Positions 11,723-23,290 of a DNA stretch of 64,000 nucleotides are shown one piece after another. The stretch's first letter is position 1. Each line of letters starts with the position of its first letter. Made by a program: the position numbers and the translations under genes. The stretch lies in contig NC_068993.1 in the NCBI RefSeq assembly GCF_001194135.2, forward strand, positions 36,493,624 to 36,557,623. Reading direction: 5' to 3'. The stretch is from Octopus bimaculoides (lineage: Eukaryota). The notes under the pieces are model-generated. The model saw only the letters and a program-made list of their open reading frames with translations, was not told the origin of the DNA and ran no database searches.

Positions 11723-11945
11723 TACGAAGGGCTTTTTTCAGTTTCCATTTATCAAATCCACTCACAAGGCTTTGGTCAGTCCAAGGCTATAGTAGAAGAC
11801 ACTTGCCCAAGGTACCATGCAGAATGACTGAACCTGGAACCATGTGGCTGGGAAGCAAACTTCTTACCACACAGCCACACCTTCCCCTAGCACAACAAAT
11901 AGTTTTATTTAATTATTTATTTCTGTTTTTTTTTTTTTTTTCTAG

Positions 11946-12217
11946 GTTTGGACTATGTTTTCGCTCATTTCTGTGGGATTTACTTGACTGCATCAACATA
12001 TTTCTGTATCTACGTTATTTTCATGCGTAACAGACCTGTAGTTTACCCTAAAGCTATTCTCCCAGGGATCATATCAGGAATAATGTGGGGTGTTGCCACA
12101 GCCTGCTTCTTTGTGGCCAATGCAGTTCTGTTGGAACCAGTCTCCTTCCCCATTATTACATCAGGGCCAATGTTGATTGCCTCAGCATGGGGAGTGTTGC
12201 TCTTTAAAGAAATTAAG
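11946..12217 (+). CDS. TMEM144: TMEM144 internal coding exon (272 nt; LDYVFAHFCGIYLT...PIITSGPMLIASAWGVLLFKEIK)
   Basis: ORF 11948-12238. Poly-T acceptor ttttctag| and donor |gtaaat. LDYVFAHF.GI.LT and SFPIIT.GP..IA..WG...FKEIK are hallmark TMEM144 (DMT-superfamily transporter-like) motifs. Confidence 0.96.
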
Positions 12218-12284
12218 GTAAATTACAATTTTTTTTAATGTTTTTTATTTTTTAATTTTTTTTTATTTTGTTATGGTTATCTTT

Positions 12285-12678
12285 TGTCTTTCACTTGTTT
12301 CAGTCATTTGACTGCGGCCATGCTGGGGCACCATTTTGAAGGATTTCAGTCGAACGAATCAACCCCAGTACTATTTTTCATTAAAGTTTGGTACTTATTG
12401 TATCAGTCTCTTTTTGCCAGACCACTAAGTTATGGGAATGTAAACACACCAACACTAGTTGTCAATTGGTGATGGGGACAAACACAGACACAGTCATACT
12501 CACATACACACAGATATATGACGGGCTTCTTTCAGTTTCCACCTACCAAATCCTTTCACAAGGCTTTGATTAGCCTGAGGCTATAGTAGAAAACACTTGC
12601 CAAAGGTGCTAAGCAGTGGGACTGAACCTAAAACCATGTGGTTGGGAAACAAAGCTTTTTACCACACACCTATGCCTG
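12285..12678 (-). mobile_element. SINE family C copy
   Basis: Collinear with 4733-5177. Confidence 0.8.
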
Positions 12679-13830
12679 ATTCGTTGTTTTTTAAATCTTT
12701 TCTTTTTAATTTTCTTTATAATTTTTTATATTTGCTCAGCTTGGATGAGTCTGTCGTGTTGCTGCTATGGTTGTTGTTGTTACTAATGTTATTTAGTTTT
12801 AGCTCAAACTTATCTGAGTAGACCTTTGATGAAAGGGCTTCCAGCTTTGACCATTCCAAGCTATGTGCACACAGGAGCTTCTCAACTTCTCAACCATACA
12901 GCCATACCTGCATTTTGATAGACAATTTGGGAAAGTATGAAGCTAACTTGCCCTGCTAAAAGACAGAGGCTTTAGTGTTATTTCTATGACATGATAGATT
13001 ATGGAATTTGCCATTCTATAAGGCACAGGCATGGTTGTGTGGTTAAGACATTCACTTCCCAATCACATGGTTTTGGGTTCAGTCCTAATTTGTGATGCCT
13101 TGGGCAAATATCTTCTCGTATAACCCTGAGCCAGCCAACACACACTCACTTGGCTTCTTCTTGGCTTCATGCTCTTACTTGATGCAGCTGTGGTCATCAC
13201 AGATTAGTGGTCTCAGAGGCGTCATCATGTGTAGAGCCAACCAGCTCCACCAGTGCTCTCCATCTCTGACGACCCCATGCCAGCCCCTCTGCATCAACCA
13301 AGGTAATGTCAAACCTCTGAAGATCTTTCCCAATCACATCCGGCCATCTGGTGCAGGCCTGCCACAAGGCCTCTTCCAGCCCACAACTGCTGCGTTGAAT
13401 GAGAATATTTAGAATCATTGATATTTTGAATGCTTTATTTAATACACCTGCTTCAAGGGGTTATGTAACAATTTACTCCTTAAGTATCATCATTATTAGT
13501 TGATCAGAAGCAATATTTTGTGTGTATTTGACTGATGAGGGTGACACATAACAAATTGTTGTTACATAATTACTTGAAATATACGTATTAAATAATACAT
13601 TCAGAATATCAATAATTGGTTTTGTGATTATTTCTAATAATATATGATCCAAGTTAGTAAGAATCCAGCCTGTCCCTATGTGGATAATACAATTATGATG
13701 CAGTTTTCAAATTGGAGTTGAATTTTAAGCTTGCAACTACCTCAGTGAAATATTAAGATATCTGGTAAAGCATACTACTGAATGTGTGTGTGTGTGTGTG
13801 TGTAATATAACAGAAGGAAGGAAGGAAGGA

Positions 13831-14144
13831 GCACTCCGTCGGTTACGACGACGAGGGTCCAAGCTGATACGATCAATGGAACAGCCTGCTCGTGAAATTA
13901 ACATGCAAGTGACTGAGAAATCCACAGACACATGTACCCCTAACGTAGTTCTCAGGGAGACTCAGCGTGACACATAGCGTGACAAGGCTGGCCCTTTGAA
14001 ATACAGGTACTGCTCATTTTTGCCAGCTGAGTGGACTAGAGCAACATGAAATAAAGTGTCTTGATCAAGGACACAACGCGTTGCTGGGAATCGAACTCAT
14101 GATCGTGGGCCGAATGCCCTAACCACTAAGCCACATGCCTTCAC
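13831..14144 (-). mobile_element. SINE family A' (family-A 3' tail, different central domain)
   Basis: Tail matches 28791-28970; central gttgtgtccttgatcaagacactttatttcatgttgctctagtccactcagctggc. Related copies at ~25110-25375 (-) and 33091-33410 (+). Confidence 0.8.
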
Positions 14145-14368
14145 TATAACATGAGGATGTGGTAGACAGAAACTGAGGGAGGTTCATTTGTATGTGTGTA
14201 TGTATATATATATATATATGATGAAGGGATGATTATTGAATGGTTATTATTTTGATATTATGATATTTTTTAAATAATTTTTCTATTTTTATATAATAAG
14301 TATTTCATATTAATTCATTTGGTACTTATTGTTGGTTGAGATATATATCTAATGATTGTTCTACTTAC

Positions 14369-14482
14369 GATCTGACGAGTAGCTATATTTTTGAATAGAA
14401 CTTATTTTCGATAATTTCAATTGATTTTAATCGATTTAAATTTCTTTTCTATTTGAAAATTGGTTATGAAACACGTGTAATC
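14369..14482 (+). ncRNA. Type I hammerhead ribozyme with extended stem II (Penelope-like-element type)
   Basis: CUGACGA 14372-14378; stem II 14379-14400 paired with 14447-14467 (21 bp, 1 bulge, 5 G-U); GAAA 14468-14471; palindromic stem III ACACGUGU; GUA cleavage triplet 14477-14479; stem I GAU/AUC. Confidence 0.7.
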
Positions 14483-14569
14483 TTTTTATTATATTTATCT
14501 TATGATATTTACTTTACTTTATATTATACTCATTTATTGTGCTTTTAATTATTAATTTTTCTATATGTG

Positions 14570-14971
14570 NNNNNNNNNNNNNNNNNNNNNNNNNNNNNNN
14601 NNNNNNNNNNNNNNNNNNNNNNNNNNNNNNNNNNNNNNNNNNNNNNNNNNNNNNNNNNNNNNNNNNNNNNNNNNNNNNNNNNNNNNNNNNNNNNNNNNNN
14701 NNNNNNNNNNNNNNNNNNNNNNNNNNNNNNNNNNNNNNNNNNNNNNNNNNNNNNNNNNNNNNNNNNNNNNNNNNNNNNNNNNNNNNNNNNNNNNNNNNNN
14801 NNNNNNNNNNNNNNNNNNNNNNNNNNNNNNNNNNNNNNNNNNNNNNNNNNNNNNNNNNNNNNNNNNNNNNNNNNNNNNNNNNNNNNNNNNNNNNNNNNNN
14901 NNNNNNNNNNNNNNNNNNNNNNNNNNNNNNNNNNNNNNNNNNNNNNNNNNNNNNNNNNNNNNNNNNNNNNN
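14570..14971. other. Assembly gap (N run) just upstream of the TMEM144 last acceptor
   Basis: 402 N. Confidence 1.
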
Positions 14972-14981
14972 TATATTTCAG

Positions 14982-15068
14982 GGACTCAGAAACATGTTAA
15001 TCCTGTTTTTAGCATTCGGTTTAACAATAGTCACAGCAGTTCTTTCTGGGCTATCAAAAGTGAAATAA
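14982..15068 (+). CDS. TMEM144: TMEM144 terminal coding exon (GLRNMLILFLAFGLTIVTAVLSGLSKVK*)
   Basis: Acceptor atttcag| right after the gap; phase 0 joins FKEIK|GLRN as in vertebrate 'FKEIKGLQNYLLMILAF...SK'; TAA at 15066-15068. Confidence 0.92.
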   Translation, partial: GLRNMLILFLAFGLTIVTAVLSGLSKVK

Positions 15069-15103
15069 TAAACATCCAGTTATAAACATTAATTCTTCTT
15101 GCA

Positions 15104-15146
<43 letters not shown>

Positions 15147-15568
15147 TACACACACACACATATGTATATACATACATATGTTTATTTACACATATACATA
15201 AATATATTTATACAGGGTGATTCACAAAGTTCTTTAAGCATGAATATAAACTGGTTAATCACTGAGGTCAGCTGGGTTCAGTGGAGTTTTAGTCTCTCAT
15301 TCATCCGTCTTCCTACCTCTCCCTCACACCTCGTCATCACATCTTTCACCCATTACCACTTCATTGCATTTATTAAATCCCCAACTTCAGCACCTCTTAA
15401 AAAACATATATAATGCTGCTCTAAAAAAATAATGCTTGGAGCAGACCACCCTATTTGGGGCCTTTTAGCTATGTTAGTGTATAAATATTTTACAATGGAA
15501 TTTATGAATAAAAATCCTATCTATTTGACCCTTTTGATACCAACTCACCTGAGACCACCCCTGGTTCT

Positions 15569-15600
<32 letters not shown>

Positions 15601-15674
15601 CTTCCTGTTTGAAAGTGACCTAAATTAAAAGTTTCCGTTAAAATTCCATGTTGATTTATGTTCCAAAAAGCAGT

Positions 15675-15875
15675 TTAACCCTTTTGATACCAAATCACCC
15701 AATACCATCCATAGAACTAAGATACAGATTTTTTTTATTTCAAAGTAAAGTAAATAAAAACTTTCCATTAAAATTCCATATTAAAAGTTATTTCACTAAA
15801 TTCTTCATTATTACCAAAAATCAATTAAAACAAAGGCATTGTATTTTAACAGGAATTCAGTAACAAAAGGATTAA
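15675..15875. mobile_element. TTAA-flanked MITE (piggyBac-like ends)
   Basis: TTAA|CCCTTTTGATAC ... GTAACAAAAGGA|TTAA. Related copies at ~9220-9420, ~15528-15675, ~15880-16215, ~16871-17065 and ~39170-39390 (inverted). Confidence 0.65.
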
Positions 15876-16061
15876 CGACAAAATTAATTAAAATATATCT
15901 ACTGTATTTCAACAGAAATGTGGTAACAAAAATGTTAAAGTGATCTAAATTAAAATCTTCAATCAAAATATGTTAATATACATTGCAAATGCTAGCTTCA
16001 TAATGACAAAGTTATTTTACTATTCTTCATTATTTTCAAAATTAATTAAAGCAAATGACAT

Positions 16062-16187
16062 ATATAGATGTTTTCAATCTAGTTTGGATTCTTTGCCATC
16101 AAATTTGATTGCAAAGAATTCAAATTTGATGGCAAAGAATTTAAATTTGGTGGCAAAGAATCCAAACTAGATCAAAAGCATCTATAT
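16062..16187. repeat. Foldback palindrome, 45-bp arms, spacer made of 21-bp repeats
   Basis: Arms 16062-16106 and 16143-16187 (4 DNA mismatches); spacer and right arm contain aaatttg(a/g)t(t/g)gcaaagaat x3. Confidence 0.85.
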
Positions 16188-17073
16188 TTCAGTAGAAATA
16201 TTGTAACAAATGAGTAAAACCTCCCCTGTTCCATTTATTTTCTTCAACCATGTTGGATAATCTACTTAATTCTATTATTCTTGTTTGTTTTTGGTGCTCT
16301 ATATAAGCATCATATTCTTTTTTTTTTTTTTGTTTTATTTTTCAATCAAAAAGACATCTTTATATTATTAGAACATTTAAATACAAAGAAACAAAAGGAG
16401 TGAGATAAAAAAAAAGAAAGGGAAAAAGAGGTGGGGGGGTAAAGCAGCAGAAGATGTAAGGGGAGGGGGAAGTGGGCCGCATATCCCAGAACAGATGGTG
16501 TATTCAGCTGTGCCTGACAATAATGACCGCAATGGCATTGCCATGAAGAATGGCCAGTATATTATTGTAGATATTTAGCATCAGGTCAGTTCTAATCAAG
16601 CTGACGTACAATAAGAGGCAGTTCAGCCATGGCCGTCCAGGTTTTTCCATGGTACAATGCATTCAGGACCACTTTATTCAATATGCTCTTATTTAAGACT
16701 GTAGAGTATGATATGAGGGTGATTTGGTTGTTATTTCTTGCATGTGAAGCAACCACTGAGAAGCTCCTTCATTAGCACAACAGTCATAAGGTTATCCATG
16801 CTGCTAACATGGTTGATACATCTTTAGCTGCTGAAAACATTCTTTTTTCTGTTCTTTGAAAATATGTCCAATCCTTTTGATACCAACCCTCCTGAAATCA
16901 TCCCTAGTTCTATCATACAAATTCTTCATTTTAAAGTGATCTAAATAAAAATCTTCCATCAAAATTTCATCTTAATAAATCTTCTAAATACACCAACTTA
17001 ATCACAACGAAGTTATTTTACTAAATTCATTATTTTCAAAATTAATTCAAACAAGTGTTTCAACAGATAGTGT

Positions 17074-17310
17074 TATATTTCAGGATGGTTCCCCCGCCTT
17101 TTTTTTTTTTGCCAAATAAACACATGCATTATATAGTGTCATTCACCTGAAATCTTTTGTCACACATCCTGTGACCTCTTCAGTGATATGTGACAAAAGA
17201 TTTCAAACAAAAGACATTAAAATAAGAACCATAATAAAGCTGAAGTGAAGAACAAATATACAGTGCATGTGTTTATTTGGCAGAAAAAAACAAATGACCG
17301 TCCCAAAATA
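17074..17310. mobile_element. TA-flanked MITE with ~50-bp imperfect TIRs and an internal hairpin
   Basis: tgccaaataaacacatgca / tgcatgtgtttatttggca; terminal ggatggt / accgtcc; internal perfect 17-bp hairpin 17148-17164/17189-17205. Confidence 0.7.
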
Positions 17311-18258
17311 TTACAATATCTGTTTCAACACACAATTTCACATCAGGAATCTTGCAAAACAAATACATAAATGTTTCAGCAGAAATATAGTAATAAAAGT
17401 GTTAATAAGAAGAGGAATTCTTCTTTCCTAAATGCCAACAAATTTCTACTAGAATTTCAAAGTTAAACAGAGTGATATATCACAATTCTGCCATCTAGTA
17501 TCACTACCATTATAATGTCCTGCTTATATCATTAGAAGTTATCACATCAATTCTATATTTTCTTCTCTAATTTCTATTAATTGTTAATGGCACTAATTGA
17601 TAATGATTTCATCATTCATTTGTAATACAATAACAAACGAAACAAAAACCTGAAAATTATTTATTTGCTATTGTGTAAATATACATGCATAAATATAGAT
17701 ATTTATTTGTATGCATATGTCTTTGTTGATCGTGTATGTATTTGTGAATAATTTGCAAATACTTTCAATAATGACACTAGTGCTAGTTGTAGTGAAGTGT
17801 GATCAAATAAATGGTTATGAAGTTTGCTACACAACCATGAGGGCCCCAGGTTCAATTTCACTACATGGCACTTTTGAGTAAATGTCATTTTCGAAAACCT
17901 TGGTTTCACCCATATGTTGTGAATGAAACTGGATTGAGAGAAACTGCATTGAAGCTCATTGGATACCTGTAATTCAAAAGGTACAGCTGTCATGCTTTGT
18001 GTTGCATCAATACTGCCAAAAAATTAAGATAAGGCTATATGTTTCTGTGAAATACTCTGCCACTTACACACTTATCCAATGAACAGGTAGTTCAGTTGGT
18101 TGAACAACTGAATTTTCTCATTGTTGAAAGTGGTGGGGACCCATTCATCCATCTCCTAGATGTAGTTGAAAGATGATGATGGTGTTGGTGATAATGATAA
18201 TGAAAATTATAAACCCATATATACACACATATCTACTAGGTTATGTGTATGTTTTGCT

Positions 18259-18575
18259 GTGAAGGCACATGGCTCAGTGATTAGAACATCAGGCTGACAA
18301 TCATAAGGTAGTGAGTTTGATTCCTGGAACGGGCTGTGTGCTGTGTTCTTGAGCAAGACACTTTATTTCACATTGTTCCAGTTCCCTCAGCTGTAGAAAT
18401 GAGTTACAATGTCGCTGGTGCCAAGTTGTATAGGTCTTTGCCTTTCCCTTGGATAACACTGGTGGTGTGGAGAGGGCAGGGTGGAATGCATGGGCAACTG
18501 CTGGCCTTCCCCAAGCAACTTTGCCCGAACTTCCTAGGTGCAATCCCATGGTCATTCATGACCAAAGGAGGTCTT
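18259..18575 (+). mobile_element. SINE with A'-type head/centre and a third 3' tail
   Basis: gtgaaggcacatggctcagtg...gtgttcttgagcaagacactttatttcacattgttccagttccctcagctg, then diverges from the family-A tail. Confidence 0.65.
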
Positions 18576-19914
18576 CTATGTGTCTGTTCTTCTGTAATGA
18601 TAAGGCGTAAAATTGATTTCTACTGTGCTACATTTTAACCCTTTCACCTTATCCAAGCCAAAGCATGTGATCCCTACTCTTTTACCTTAACATTAATCCA
18701 TTCCTTCTCAGTCACAAACCTAGAATCCCTGCCCTCAATTTCCTCCTCCTGTCTGACATTCATAATATGCCCTCTAGTACAGGTATCTTCACAAAAGATA
18801 AAGAAAGTGGTTAGATGCAGTTTGTGTACCATGCCACCTATTTGCATTAATTGGTTACAACAAAGACTTACATTTCTTTCAATTTCTAACCCTTCCAAAG
18901 TCATTTTTTGTATTTACCTTTTTCTAACTCGACTAGAAACTGTACTGACATCTCTTCCCTAGTTTCACCAACACATTACAATATGGCTGGATTCTTGGAT
19001 AATTACCTCAACCCCACTTACATCTCATCCTACATCAATATCTCACACAACACATCTTCATTTAACCTCCTAATATTTGCGTTTCTACCAATTCTGTCAA
19101 GTCTATGACAGCAAATATACTACTTAATTCTCAAATAATCTCCAAGATCTAAGTAAATGATGGAAACTTATGTCAGTAGGCCTCCTCCTCAAAGTCCCAA
19201 ACACAGTTTAAATTCTGTTGACTGACGCTTTCCAAGAAGAACAAATAGTGGTGCTGCTGCTGTTGAAACAAAACCTCATTCTAGAGCACCTGGAGAAAAG
19301 TTTCTCACTTTTACTTATGGAATAGAGCTAATTTTCAAATGCCGTGATTCATTCAACAACAAAACCCAGAACACAAACTGCCAAACAAATTTTCAAATGT
19401 AAAAATGATTCTTTCCAAAGATATTTTTCTCCCAATTTTGCTGAGTCTCCCTTCTTACAATTTGTTCTCAAATTGAACAATACTGAAAACAATACTCCTG
19501 GAGAGAAAGCCCTCTCTTTTACTTACTTCATTCTGAACTCCAATTTCTACATACACTCAACCACAAATGCACACACACACACACACTCTCTCTCTCTCTC
19601 TCTCTTTCTCTTATATATAAACACACACAAACATAAATATTCCATTTCAGAAGTCCCATTTCCCTTGGCCATTTTCTTCTCATATCCATTCTTTAGTTGT
19701 TAAATATTACAAATTCTTCACTCGTTGTTATCTATATTTTTAAATTATATATAAAATCTTCCAAATGTAACTTGAGTTTTGTTTTCTTTATTTGTTTGTT
19801 TTGTTTTCATTTTGTTTGTATGTCTTTTTATTTATTACCATTCTTTCTAAAAGGAATGGGTTTCCAACAAAGGAACAAAAGATCAATAATTGGAGTTTGG
19901 ATAACAATGATTAT

Positions 19915-21500
19915 TATAACATATTGAACTTAAAGAAAGTCTTGCATATTTTTACAGTTTCACTTGCAGATTGTGTGTGTAAAGTTCATGTTAGCCAGTC
20001 TCTACATGAAAATTTCATATTTTCTAGGATTTATAAATTTATAATCCAGTTAAAGGAGCTGCAGGTTTCAAAGAATTTTCTATGGATATTCTCTTTTACT
20101 CTGACTTTAGAAGAGATGTTCACACCTGCAGGGCAACTAAATTTGTAAATGACTTTTCTTTTTTATTCCACATGTCCGTTATGTATGTACTTGGGAAGAA
20201 ATATTGATGGGAATGTTCCATGGATATTTTCCCCACTTAAATGTGGATGTTCTATTAGAACAAACTTTATTGTGGAAGTTAGCATGAGAGCAACTCCCAT
20301 AATGGTTTTTTTGGTGCAAAATGCACTCCTGTTTATCTCTCGAGTGGGGAGATAAATCCCTGCTAACTCCAGCGCCAAGACCACCATATTATGTGATTTC
20401 AACCTTGTTTGGTCTTGTAAATGATGGACACTCGACTGCTAAAGACAGCTGCAATTAGCCAGTTAACTTATCAAATATATATATATATTAGCAATAGAGA
20501 CAGTATTAATACCGAGAGGTAATATTTATCCCTACTTCAATGTAGATATTCTATTAGAACAAACTTTACTGTGGTAGTTACCATGAGAGCAACTCTCATA
20601 TTGGCTTTTTAGTACAAAATGCACTTTTGTTTTATGTTATTCTCTGTCAAAGCAATGTTTTTTTGTTCTTGGCCACAAAGTTTGTTTGTGTTATGGCAAA
20701 CCAGTTCAGTATGTCTATCTGGTCTTCCATAGTTTATTGAAACATGCATAAAGTGACTGTCTATAAAATGTCAGTGCCTTATACCTGTAGCTGACTATGG
20801 AGTCTCTTCCTGATGCATTCTTGTTATCTAGCTTTCCCACAGCATTGGGTAAAGTTTTGCCATCAATTGTATGTTTTACTGCTGATATTGATACAGTTAG
20901 TCTTGAGTTATTGTATCTACCCATTTTGCAGTTTAGAGTCTTTACTTTCATTTAACCAAAATGATTTTAGATCTCCCTGGGAAGGGACTCTTCTCACAAT
21001 ATTTTTCTCCCTAGTGTCTTTACATACGGTTTGTAGGTTAAAAGCAAACTTGTATCCTGCTTTACTGTAATACTTTTTTGCAGTGGCAAAATGTTTTATT
21101 CTGAGCCTTGAGTTGGTGTTTTAAGATTATTAAATTGACCTCAACACTCTGAATACTATCTCTGTACACTTTTGATAGCTTTCTCAGGAGGTGTTCTTGT
21201 GTTTTGTGAACTTACCACCAACTTTATACTTTATAATGGCATCTAACTACCCTATTCTGTGGCATAAATGTGTTGTGTTTTCTTCTACAATTGTTACCCA
21301 ACAGAGTTGCTTTTGATGAATTATTTCTTTGCAACATACTTTGCAAGTATTTCCCAGGTGTTTGTTCCACCAGGATAACAACAGCAGTATACTAGCAAGT
21401 ATTGAAATTCCAATACCAGTTTTCACGTTTTTCATGCCTTCTCTAGCAATATTGTTTTTTAAGTTTTATCACGAGAGGAGTTGATCTTCATCCCACTCTC
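19915..21500 (-). mobile_element. Decayed, internally deleted R4/Dong-like LINE (RT + Zn-knuckle + restriction-like endonuclease)
   Basis: Minus-strand fragments: VPSQGDLKSFW; LPNAVGKLDNKNASGRDSIVSYRYKALTFYRQ; WFAITQTNFVAKNK; YLPTR; WNIPINISS; WNKKEK...SCPAGVNISSKVRVKENI; QSASETVKICKTFFKF*. Confidence 0.75.
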
Positions 21501-21589
21501 ATCAAACATGACCACCAGCAAGATGTTCTGGGTGCAGAAAATCATTTAAAATGTGTTATTGAATGTTTTCCCTGCAACTAGGCTGAACT

Positions 21590-22060
21590 AAAACAAAGCC
21601 TATACCAGCAAGATCAGACATAGATTTTTTCATTGCAACTGTCATATCAATGCTATTATATGGCAGTGAAACATGGATACTGACAAAGAAATTATCAAAC
21701 AAGTTAGATGGCTGCTACACAAGGATGCTACAAGTGCCCTAAATGTGAAATGGCAACAATGTATGAGAAGCAAGTACCTTTATGGAGAACTGCTTGAAAG
21801 TTAGCAAGAAGATCAGGCAAGGACAGCTGTGACTATCTGGTCACTGCATGTGCCACCCTGAACTCCAGGCATCCAAATTAGTCTTATGGAACCCACTTCG
21901 TGGTGATGTAAGAAGAGGAAAACTTTGTCACACTTGCATCGACAACTTGATTGCAGACACTGTCGTGGAATGCATCCGGGACCTTGAGGCAATGATGGAC
22001 TATGAAGTGTGGCAGGTGGACTTTGTTGCTGTGGCCCGGGTTGGAATAATAATAATAATA
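21590..22060 (+). mobile_element. RTE-type LINE C-terminal fragment with (AAT)n tail
   Basis: FFIATVISMLLYGSETWILTKKLSNKLDGCYTRML...SGHC.CHPEL.ASKLVLWNP.RG..RRG. Confidence 0.85.
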
Positions 22061-23039
22061 TCAGCAAACAGTTTTTTTTCCTTCTTTTACAAATAAGAAA
22101 AACACCTTGTACTCATCAACTTAGCATCATTCATACCAGTTTTAAAAGAATATTTCCCCCTACATGGAATTCCATTTATACTCTCGTGGCTGACAGCAAT
22201 AACAGATTACCACCAATATTGGCATCAACACCACTACTGCAAGAGTGAGCTATCTGTGAAAATGTAAGTACCTTTCTCGTTTTACTTGTTCTTTGTAATT
22301 AAATCAGGATATTCTTCACTGTAATGGAAAAGTCTGAGAGAATTTCATTATCTGCTCCATGAAGCAGTTAAAAGAATACTGGAATGAATCTCATCCAAAC
22401 TTAAGCCACTTCACAACTTACAAATGGCAATACATATACTGGTTCAGATTCCACTAAAAGCAAGTTTAACCTTTCATCTTTCCAGGGTCAATAAAACAAA
22501 TACCAGTTGAGCACTGGGGGTCAATGTATTCAACTTATCCCCTCCCTGAAATTGCTGGCTTTGTGCCAAAACCTGAAACCAATACATACACTGGTTCCTG
22601 TAAAACTATTCATATTCTCAACAGTATTCTAACCAGACAAAAACTGCCACTGAGACCCGCAAGTACATAAATGAACCAACACAGGCAGCACCAGACCAGT
22701 ATCTCTACATGAAGATAACTGTAAAACCTACACGACTAAAAAACATTTTACAAGCAAATTTCAAAACAATTTCACCAGTTTCTGTAAGTTATTCTTAAAC
22801 AACATACTTTTTTGCTGTATCTTTTATGTTTCACTTGTTTCAGTCATTGGACTGCAGTCATGTTGGGGCACTGTCTTGAAGGGATTAGCTGAACAAACCA
22901 ATGCCAATACTTATTTCTTTTAAGCCTGCTATTTATTCTATCAAACTTTCTTGCCAAACCACTGTTAATTTAATTTCAACTGGCCACCAACTTAGAAGCA
23001 AGATTGTGAAAGAAAACATCTTTCTTTATTTATCATCTT

Positions 23040-23290
23040 TTAAATGACATGAGAAATCTTGTAGATTTTTATTGTCTCAGATATTGTGATCATTTGTAGT
23101 ATAGGAATTAAGGAGTTGCATTCCCTGCCCATGGATGCAAGTTCAGCCATACTTTGATCCAAGTGGGTTGGGACATAACCTGTTGCTCCAATAACAATAG
23201 ATATAAAACTGAAAGTGTCTTGAGTACTGGATTCCTTTGATACCCATCTCACATTCCCAGCATCATCCCTTACCACTAGATGTCAACTGA
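23040..23290 (-). mobile_element. Second RLE-LINE (R4-like) C-terminal fragment
   Basis: ORF 23040-23276: FISIVIGATGYVP...LIPILQMITISETIKIYK, matching the RLE C-terminal 'PIVIGA.G.IP ... LQ..SI.GTVKI' pattern. Confidence 0.7.

Larger units (their letters stand above)
9700..11885 (-). mobile_element. SINE family C copy split (tail half ~9700-9912, head half ~11724-11885) by a Helitron-like insertion
   Basis: The two halves are collinear with the intact copy 4733-5177; the break falls exactly at its internal (TA)n junction. Confidence 0.75.
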
